Below are positions 56,873-64,000 of a stretch of 64,000 nt of DNA, one piece after another (position 1 is the stretch's first letter; the number at the start of each line of letters is the position of its first letter). This stretch comes from Fimbriimonadales bacterium (GTDB lineage Bacteria > Armatimonadota > Fimbriimonadia > Fimbriimonadales > ATM1). Position numbers and translations under genes: made by a program. Location of the stretch: NCBI GenBank assembly GCA_051003155.1, contig JBPCLO010000020.1:1-64000 (forward strand), read 5' to 3'. The notes under the pieces are model-generated. The model was not told where the DNA came from, ran no database searches, and saw nothing but the letters and a program-made list of their open reading frames with translations.

Positions 56873-59244
56873 GAAGGGACGAGTTTTTCCGCGTCGATGC
56901 TAGCTTGATGCAGCAGCTTGGCGCGAGCCTGATCTCAGACGATTTGAGTTGTCTTGTTGAGCTCATCAAGAATGCCTATGACGCTGATTCCATCATTGCT
57001 CGCATCATCATAGATGCTCCCGACCGCATTGTGATTGAGGACGACGGCAATGGCATGGATGAAGAGACCATCAAGCGCGGATGGCTAACAATCTCCAACT
57101 CGCTGAAGATGGAGCAAAAGCGGCTTGGGGTTCTAACGCCTCGACATCGTAGGACTCCGCTTGGAGACAAGGGGCTTGGTCGCTTGAGCACGCAAAGACT
57201 TGGAGATCAACTTCGCATAGAATCGGTCGCCAAGGATTCAGAGACATGCCTCATCGTTGATATTGACTGGACTACATTCGTGCCAGGCTCCGATCTTACG
57301 GCTGTTCCGGTGACTTTTCAAGCAGAGCCGATCGGAATCCGAAAGCATGGAACGAAGATTGTGATCACTGAACTGGTCAACGCCGACGAATGGAAGACTC
57401 TGCAGCCGGAGAAGCTGAGGCTTAGCCTTGCCTCCTTAGTCTCACCATACGAGGAAGTTGCGAGTTTTCGCTTGCAGGCATTCCTGAACGGTGTCGAAGT
57501 ATCGCCAAGCCTAGTTGCAAGCAATGTCCGACGTGCAGCGCTCCAAAGGTATAAGCTTGAATTCGATGGCGACACACTTGAAGTGTCTGGAACTCTTCGC
57601 CCTCAGACATTTAGGGTCAATACTACTAAAGGCAAAGAAGATTACGCGAACTATTTCGAGACAGATGACGGCAAGGGATTCCTGGCTCATCTAATTCGGA
57701 GTGCCAAAGCTAAAGCGTATGGGCTCAATGCGCCTCAAGAGCAAGGCGGGTTCGTGGCCTTTGAGACCAAACGGAGCTACGAGGATATCGTTCCACTGCA
57801 TCGCACATCAAATCCTGGCCCGTTTCGCGGGGAGGTAGATTCCTTTTCGCTCGATGCCCAAACTTCGGAAATCATCGAGGGGACTCCCGCCCTCAACTCG
57901 TCCGCCGAAGCGAAACAGCTCGTCAAGGATTTGAGTGGAATTAGAGTTTATCGAGATGGGTTCGTGATTCGGACAGCTCACGACTGGTTGAAGCTCGGAG
58001 AAGGGCAAACCAGTGGAGGTTCGTTCTACGGTTTACGGCCATTCAACACAATGGGCTATGTGGCCATCAGCGCGAGCCAAAATGCGAAACTGCAAGAGAC
58101 GACGGATCGGGAAGGCTTTGTCGAGGACAGCCACTTCAGGGGCTTTTTCGCGCTGCTGGAGTCATTCGTTAAGACTGTCAATGATGCGCTTGAGGACTTG
58201 CGGCGTGCTTGGAACGCTTATGTCAAAGAACAGGAGGCACTCAAACATGACCTGCCAAGCCGAGACCCCAAGGTTATCGAGAAACGGCTAAGGGAGACCT
58301 TCACGAGAGTTGGTGATGCCCGGCAAGCGCTGCAACAGGCCGCAAAGGCGATCTCGGAAAGTAAGGTCGGTAGCGATGGCTCGCTATTTCCCCAAGAAGC
58401 GCGGTCAACAGGCAAGTTAGATGACGCTCAGGAATTGCTGGCCCGGGCTTCAGAGGTTCTTGACGATGTTTCTCAACGCGGTGGATTGGCCGGAATCTTG
58501 GTTGCTGAACTGGATGCCCTCAATGCAAAATTGGGCGAAGTCTATGAGCTCGTCAGTCTTGGGATAACAGCTGAAGCCCTGTCACACGACATCGCTGTAA
58601 TCCTAGAGCGCCTTTCGGTAGAAACACAGTCAATTCAAAAACATGCAAAGAACTCGGAGTTGAGTGATGTCAAAGTCTTGAGATTCTTTGAGGTCATTCG
58701 CTCGACGTTTGGAGCCCTGGAGAAGCAACTAAGTCATTTGGATCCAGCCCTGAGGTATGCAAGGGAAAAGCGAGACACGTTTAGGGTCTCGAATCTCCTT
58801 GAAGAGGCCTCCTCGTACTATCGGGGGCGGTTGGAGAAAAGCCACATCGGTTTCCACCGCGAAGTCATGGCCGACTTCACCGTGACCATGAACAAAGGGA
58901 AGCTCATTCAGATCCTGGATAACCTAGTCCTGAACTCCGAGTACTGGGTGAAAACCAGTCGTGCAAAGCAGGAATCGGGTGGTGAAGTCCGCATTTGCGT
59001 CCGCGCTCCGGACATCGTGATCGAGGATTCTGGCCGCGGCGTCGAGCCGAGCTTCGAGGAAACGCTCTTTGATGCGTTCGTCACTGCGAAACCCAAGGGG
59101 GAGGGCCGAGGCCTTGGGTTATTCATAGCAACCCAGCTGCTTGAGCTTGACGGATGCTCCCTCCGGCTGCTTCCCGAGCGGAACTCCCAGGGCAGAAGGT
59201 TCAAAATAGCCGTCGGCTTGGCGGGAGTTGTGCACGGTGCCTGA
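56869..59244 (+). CDS. MORC/MutL-like GHKL ATPase fused to a histidine kinase
   Basis: N-terminal ELIKNAYDA, DDGNGM, GDKGLGR and GTKI; C-terminal SHDI, NLVLNS, DSGRGV and FVTAK..GRGLGL. Confidence 0.88.
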   Translation: MRRDEFFRVDASLMQQLGASLISDDLSCLVELIKNAYDADSIIARIIIDAPDRIVIEDDGNGMDEETIKRGWLTISNSLKMEQKRLGVLTPRHRRTPLGDKGLGRLSTQRLGDQLRIESVAKDSETCLIVDIDWTTFVPGSDLTAVPVTFQAEPIGIRKHGTKIVITELVNADEWKTLQPEKLRLSLASLVSPYEEVASFRLQAFLNGVEVSPSLVASNVRRAALQRYKLEFDGDTLEVSGTLRPQTFRVNTTKGKEDYANYFETDDGKGFLAHLIRSAKAKAYGLNAPQEQGGFVAFETKRSYEDIVPLHRTSNPGPFRGEVDSFSLDAQTSEIIEGTPALNSSAEAKQLVKDLSGIRVYRDGFVIRTAHDWLKLGEGQTSGGSFYGLRPFNTMGYVAISASQNAKLQETTDREGFVEDSHFRGFFALLESFVKTVNDALEDLRRAWNAYVKEQEALKHDLPSRDPKVIEKRLRETFTRVGDARQALQQAAKAISESKVGSDGSLFPQEARSTGKLDDAQELLARASEVLDDVSQRGGLAGILVAELDALNAKLGEVYELVSLGITAEALSHDIAVILERLSVETQSIQKHAKNSELSDVKVLRFFEVIRSTFGALEKQLSHLDPALRYAREKRDTFRVSNLLEEASSYYRGRLEKSHIGFHREVMADFTVTMNKGKLIQILDNLVLNSEYWVKTSRAKQESGGEVRICVRAPDIVIEDSGRGVEPSFEETLFDAFVTAKPKGEGRGLGLFIATQLLELDGCSLRLLPERNSQGRRFKIAVGLAGVVHGA

Positions 59245-60985
59245 TCCGCCTATCAGTTCACCCTTCCAAGCCGCCCTGACTGAGCTCAGCATAGTGCGGG
59301 TGATCTGCGTTGACGATGTCTATGATGAGAGAGTGGACATTGAAGACATTATCGTTTGGGCTGTGCTTCCACCGAATCATAAGACGCTAAACGGGATTCT
59401 GACTAAATACGGCTCTAATTTACAGGCCCCCTCAGACACTTTGGAGGCTGAGTTGAGAACTATGCTAGAAGGGGACAACCAGTTCGCAGTCAAGTGCCAG
59501 GCCTCAATTGACAGATACCGCCTGAAGAAGTCAGGTCAGGTTCAGCTAGGTGACAATGAGGACCAATTGCGCACTGATAGGATTGTCCTATGTAGATTGG
59601 ACGAGTTACTCGATGGCTTTGTCCAGTTCTTGCCGTTGGCACCACAGGCATGGCAGACGGGAAAACAAGACATTCTCGCCACCTTAGCCACTGAGAAGAC
59701 TTTGTTAATTTTTGATGAGAAACTGGGGCAGAACGTGGCTAGTGGAACTGATCAGATCAAGGAGATTGCTCTAACACCGGATGGTGGCAACGCCGTTTAT
59801 GTACTACTGTCATATGGAATTCAGGCGGGCGAAGAGCATGCGAGGACGCGGGCGTTCCAGGCAGACAATATCGCGGCAACCGCTATTCCGAAGCGGAACT
59901 GGACCGATGCCGCCAACATTGATTTTCTCCAGAATCGACTGCGAGCAGCAATCATGTGGAAGGAATCTGCGAACCTAAGAAGGCTTTGCAAGAGGGCAAT
60001 GTCAAACGCGGTGATCTTGGCGGAGAAACGTGTCCGTGCATTGACTCCCTTAGAGTTCGACGAGGTCGTATTTCGCTCTTCCTTCGAAGAGGGAGTTCAC
60101 GAGATGGACACCCTCGTTCGGGTTTATACGAATGCCCTTGCTTCCCACCTTCGGGAGAACTTGCGGCAAAACAAGGGTGCTCTCAAGGACATTGACACGC
60201 TCAGGAAATACCGAACAAACCTCAGCAGGGCCTCGGAAGGATCCGAGGCCTGGAAGCTACAACGCGAAGAGTACTACGAAGCCGGTAGTTACATCAACGG
60301 ATGCAGAATGCCGATCGAGGCCGGTGACGTATTTGAAGTGACGGCCGACAATGGCGAAGTGCTTGGCGAGTATGTGTTGGTGGCGCCGCCGTGTGACTTG
60401 ATGATCCGTTCTACGGGTGGGAGAGCTGGCACACGGAAGATTGAAGGGGGACTGTTATGCCCGATCCGCAGTCAAGTCTCGGGTGATGACAACAAGGGGC
60501 TCTTTGAGCTGTCCGTCTATGCTCAAGACACTGAAACAACCGCTCAGGTGGAGATGACAAAAGCTGTCTCAGTTAGTCTATGGCTTCTCGACCTATGTGC
60601 GCTGAGTGCCGACGGAGCGGCCACTTGTCGGCTGGACGGTAAAGTGCCGCGTCACCTTTCAGAAGGATGGAAGTTGATGGCCATGGACCGACTCGCTGTC
60701 TGCACAAGGGCAGTCGCTGAATCTTGGAGTTCATGGCAGCAGATGACAGAGACGGAGCGAGGTGCTCAGTCCGCGATTCCCGCCTTTCGTATCCCCTTCA
60801 CGGCCAATAGGTGCCTCCAAGTGACAGTAAGCAAGCCAGCTGGTCAGCCAGTCACCGTTGCAATTGGGATCAGACGAATGCAAAGACTAAGCGCAAACCT
60901 GGCAGCGGAGCTATTACAGGCATTCAGCGACCACTTGGCTCGCCCGGCACGCCCCCACTCGCTGAGTCGAAGCTCGACTGTGTGA
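59237..60985 (+). CDS. Divergent receiver-domain protein with a large C-terminal region
   Basis: VICVDD, LLIFDEKL and later YVLVAPPCDL; GTG start overlapping the kinase stop, GGGAG RBS. Confidence 0.7.
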   Translation: MPDPPISSPFQAALTELSIVRVICVDDVYDERVDIEDIIVWAVLPPNHKTLNGILTKYGSNLQAPSDTLEAELRTMLEGDNQFAVKCQASIDRYRLKKSGQVQLGDNEDQLRTDRIVLCRLDELLDGFVQFLPLAPQAWQTGKQDILATLATEKTLLIFDEKLGQNVASGTDQIKEIALTPDGGNAVYVLLSYGIQAGEEHARTRAFQADNIAATAIPKRNWTDAANIDFLQNRLRAAIMWKESANLRRLCKRAMSNAVILAEKRVRALTPLEFDEVVFRSSFEEGVHEMDTLVRVYTNALASHLRENLRQNKGALKDIDTLRKYRTNLSRASEGSEAWKLQREEYYEAGSYINGCRMPIEAGDVFEVTADNGEVLGEYVLVAPPCDLMIRSTGGRAGTRKIEGGLLCPIRSQVSGDDNKGLFELSVYAQDTETTAQVEMTKAVSVSLWLLDLCALSADGAATCRLDGKVPRHLSEGWKLMAMDRLAVCTRAVAESWSSWQQMTETERGAQSAIPAFRIPFTANRCLQVTVSKPAGQPVTVAIGIRRMQRLSANLAAELLQAFSDHLARPARPHSLSRSSTV

Positions 60986-61020
60986 CTAGCTCACGGCGTC
61001 GCGCGTATGTCTCGGCGACA

Positions 61021-62499
61021 CTAGATTGAATGGCCTGGCATGCCGTTCAATAGCTTAGGATCTGTGGCGCGCCTTGAGGTGGCCAACTCCCCCCGAAAGG
61101 CCTTGGCGAGGATGGCTTGGGAGGTGCGCCCGACCTGGGTGGTCGCTTCGGCGAGGCGAGATTCGATGGAACCGGCGAGGGCGAGGAGGGATTCGACGCG
61201 ACGGACGATTTCGAGTTGCTCCTCCCATGGTGGGACTGCGAGTTGCAAAGCGCGGACATCACCGATATTGATCCCGCGAACCGCTACACCCTTTTGAGCC
61301 CGATCCATACGGTCCTGGACGGGAGCTGACTTGAGGTACAGCACGACGTAGTCGCGCAGCAAGAAGGTTTGCAAGGAAAGTCGCGCGGTGTCTTGTGTGA
61401 TATTCCCTCCCTCCAGCTCGACGGGCACAACGCATACTCTGCCGACTGTTCCACGAATGGATAGGAGGACATCATCGGAACGAAGTCGAGCACGAGCAAA
61501 GGCTGCCTCGATCTCACGAGAGGTCTTTTTGATCCCGCCCAACACGAGTTTGTCTCCAGGGAAGTCCGCAACTCGAACGTACGGAATGCCTTCGACCACG
61601 TTGGGTCCAGGCTTAAGGATTCCATATGTGATCGGCCTACTTGGGTCAACTGCATTCCTAAAATCGGTTAGCCCCCATGACTCGGGTAGACCCAGGGGGT
61701 CAAGATCGTGAGCCTCCTCCGAAGGGGCAGCGGCGTTTCCTTTACGATGCCCCCCGGCGGCAAAGTGGCTTGCTTCAAGCTTGGCGACAATGCCTCGCCC
61801 GTCTGGGATGGCTGAATGAGTTTCTCGCCAGTCTGCCGTTAGTTGGCCGGAGCATGCGGCGCTCAGGACGGATTGGCGGAGCTTCTTGAGAAGGGATGGG
61901 ATCGTATCGAGGCGCCCGCTGGCTGAATGCACCTGCTGCTGGAGGTCGGTGACTGTTTGTACGAGCGTCTTCTGAACCTCTGTTGACGGCAAGGGAATCT
62001 CGGTTTCTAGGAGGACTGCTCGGCTGATGCTCGCCTGTGAAACGTGGTTATTGCACTTGTCGGCAAAATAGCCCTCTCGCCAAAGTTGGTGCAGGGCTAG
62101 GGCTAGATAGTGCGGTCTAATGCGGCTCTCGTCGACCCGGAGCCGGGTCATGTGATTAGAAAACGCTCTCGGTTCGCCCTCGTCGTATAGTGCCGTTTTG
62201 CCCACAAGCTCCGGGCTGTTCGTGTTATTGAAAATTACGTCACCACGTTGAACGAGGCGCTCGTCACGAGTTGCTTCGTCTAGGGCAACGAACTTCATGT
62301 CCGACAATTCGATCTGACCTTCCGTTGAGACGTTCATCGGGCGGATGTGAGCGATACCACGACCGTCTCGGTTATTGACCCCGCATGCAAAGCCAGTCTG
62401 GACATTCTGAACTAGACCATCAGCGAGTGCAACAAGCAGCCAGCTCGAATCCTGAGTGGCCCGTGGCTCCGATTCTGCTGCGGAAGTGGTCGTGCTCAT
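61021..62499 (-). CDS. hsdS: Type I R-M specificity subunit (second system)
   Basis: Two TRDs; IPLPSTEVQ, VPPWEEQLEIV and AFRGEL. Confidence 0.92.
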   Translation of the reverse strand: MSTTTSAAESEPRATQDSSWLLVALADGLVQNVQTGFACGVNNRDGRGIAHIRPMNVSTEGQIELSDMKFVALDEATRDERLVQRGDVIFNNTNSPELVGKTALYDEGEPRAFSNHMTRLRVDESRIRPHYLALALHQLWREGYFADKCNNHVSQASISRAVLLETEIPLPSTEVQKTLVQTVTDLQQQVHSASGRLDTIPSLLKKLRQSVLSAACSGQLTADWRETHSAIPDGRGIVAKLEASHFAAGGHRKGNAAAPSEEAHDLDPLGLPESWGLTDFRNAVDPSRPITYGILKPGPNVVEGIPYVRVADFPGDKLVLGGIKKTSREIEAAFARARLRSDDVLLSIRGTVGRVCVVPVELEGGNITQDTARLSLQTFLLRDYVVLYLKSAPVQDRMDRAQKGVAVRGINIGDVRALQLAVPPWEEQLEIVRRVESLLALAGSIESRLAEATTQVGRTSQAILAKAFRGELATSRRATDPKLLNGMPGHSI

Positions 62500-62503
62500 T
62501 TCC

Positions 62504-62815
62504 CTACCGGTTTTGCTGCCTCTTCAATCCACGTACCCAAGCTGTTATAGCCATCGTTGGAGTAATACTGAACCTGATAGGTCTTGCCGTCACGGCAGTG
62601 TGTGCAAATTCTGCACATACTGAACCTCGGTCAAGTCCTTGCTCGTCAAAAATGTTTCCCAGGTGCTTGGTAACGACGGTGCGATCGACGTTGAAGAGGT
62701 CCGCGATTTGCTTTTGGGTAAGCCAAAACGTATCGCCCTCATAAACAACCTCAACCTTGGCATGACCGTCAACGCCCGTGTAGAGGATGATCTCGCCGGA
62801 TCGTTCTTCGCTCAC
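62504..62815 (-). pseudogene. RhuM-like DNA-binding gene remnant
   Basis: EIILY..FWLTQKQIADLF..KHLGNIF; continuation DGKTYQVQYY in another frame; truncated. Confidence 0.7.
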
Positions 62816-64000
62816 GCCTCCACCTTTTCTGGCTTTTCAAGGAGCTTCAACACTTGGTTCAGCTCGTCGATCGCCGCGGTCAGTTGGGTCACCGCCTCGG
62901 CCACGATTTCTTCGGGCTCTCCCAAGTCATCCGCGTCGTCAAGTGACTCGTCCTTGATCCACTTGAACCCGTCGAGCTTAAACTCGCGCTTTTTGATCTC
63001 CTCGATTCTGAAGCACTTGAAGCGGTCGGTCTCGGCACGCTCTGACTGGCCATTTGGATCTTCCCCGTAACATTTTTCGAAATCCTCGAAGTGCGCTTTG
63101 GTGAGCGGACGATCTTTTTTGGTGATTCCGGGCACGTTGGCCCGCCCATCATAGAGCCAGACTTTCCTTGTTGGCTTGCCCTTGCTAAAGAAAATGACGT
63201 AGGTCTTGGTTCCTGGGGTGTACGGCGTGAATGTTCCTCGTGGAAGTCTCAGGACGGTGTGAAGATCGCAGTCCTGGCAGAGGATCTTGAAGACTTCTCC
63301 AGCTTGGTCGGCAAACAGCACGTTGTCGGGAACTACCACGGCTGCCCTTCCGCCCGGCTTCAGGATCGTCAGGATGTGCTGAATGAAGTTGAGCTGCTTG
63401 TTGCTCGTGGTGACGGTGAAGTCCTCACGTTCGGGAGCTTGGTTTGCTCCTCGGTTGCCGAACGGTGGGTTGGTGATCACCACGTCGAATTTCGGTCCGT
63501 TGTAGACCTCATAGATTGAGTCGCCAAGAGCAATGTGCGGCGAGACGTTGTGGAGATATAGGTTCATGAGCGCCAACCGGCGCGGCCTGGCGACAAGCTC
63601 TTGCCCGAAGTAGGTCTGGCGCTTCACATGTCGATCGGCATCGCGATCAAGAGCTTGGCCGGTGCGCTTAAGGTCTTCCTTTAGCCATTCGTAAGCGGCC
63701 ACGAGGAATCCGCCGGTGCCACAAGCTGGGTCGCCGATGGTGAAGTCTGCTTTGGCGCGAGGATCCGGCTTGGTGCAGCGCATCATGCTCTGGATCAAGA
63801 GGCGCGGCGTGAAATATTGGCCGGCACCCTTCTTTCCCTCGCTGGCTGCCTTCTCCAGAAGTCCTTCGAAGGCTTCTGCCTTCACGTCCACTTCAAGGCT
63901 CGTCCATTCGGTCTCGTCGATCAGGGCGATGAGCTTGCGCAGGTTCACCGGGTTCGCGAATCGCGATTGGGCGCCGGCGAAGATATCACCTAGAATCCCG
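62812..64000 (-). CDS. hsdM: Type I R-M methyltransferase subunit (5' end outside window)
   Basis: GQYFTPR, DPACGTGGFL and TNPPF; close paralog of 36,777-38,174. Confidence 0.95.
   Translation of the reverse strand, partial: GILGDIFAGAQSRFANPVNLRKLIALIDETEWTSLEVDVKAEAFEGLLEKAASEGKKGAGQYFTPRLLIQSMMRCTKPDPRAKADFTIGDPACGTGGFLVAAYEWLKEDLKRTGQALDRDADRHVKRQTYFGQELVARPRRLALMNLYLHNVSPHIALGDSIYEVYNGPKFDVVITNPPFGNRGANQAPEREDFTVTTSNKQLNFIQHILTILKPGGRAAVVVPDNVLFADQAGEVFKILCQDCDLHTVLRLPRGTFTPYTPGTKTYVIFFSKGKPTRKVWLYDGRANVPGITKKDRPLTKAHFEDFEKCYGEDPNGQSERAETDRFKCFRIEEIKKREFKLDGFKWIKDESLDDADDLGEPEEIVAEAVTQLTAAIDELNQVLKLLEKPEKVEA

Larger units (their letters stand above)
50440..64000. mobile_element. Genomic island 2 (defence-rich, right end outside window)
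   Basis: att fragment, second integrase, visibly more AT-rich cargo, R-M genes. Confidence 0.75.

Noticed and set aside
1..64000. CRISPR array or cas genes
   Set aside because: No regularly spaced repeat-spacer series and no Cas motifs seen

Overview
GC-rich bacterial DNA, tentatively Armatimonadota/Fimbriimonadaceae-like (inferred from PEP-CTERM proteins and secreted-protein C-termini; not provable here). About 1-12,600 is core chromosome: SOD, M48 protease, PPIase, four tandem secreted paralogs, an ABC exporter, serA and two PEP-CTERM genes. The rest is a tandem array of integrative islands. Island 1 (~37.8 kb, 12,642-50,485) is bounded by identical 46-bp copies of a tRNA-Asn 3' end and carries an integrase, an excisionase and a primase-helicase. 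Its cargo is a copper-type TolC/MFP/RND efflux operon led by a RAPP-ending Cys-rich protein, an ArsR cassette, an ECF/anti-sigma module, and a type I R-M locus interrupted by a HipA-HIRAN pair and a TIGR04255/ART-like triplet. Island 2 (from 50,440, running off the window) has its own integrase, a tRNA-Val scar, GIY-YIG and trypsin-like genes, an m4C-MTase/GHKL-histidine kinase/receiver operon and a second type I hsdM-hsdS. The best novel signal is missed by the ORF track. The ArsR cassette, which sits inside a broken integrase copy, encodes a 31-aa 12-Cys metallothionein-like peptide and a signal-peptide-bearing, beta-barrel-like protein with two in-frame TGA codons (UxxU). It also holds a broken CxxU paralog, and both genes have a GGTTC-loop hairpin exactly 21 nt after the TGA. 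This is a candidate mobile, metal-regulated outer-membrane selenoprotein system. All family calls come from motif recognition by eye, not from database searches.
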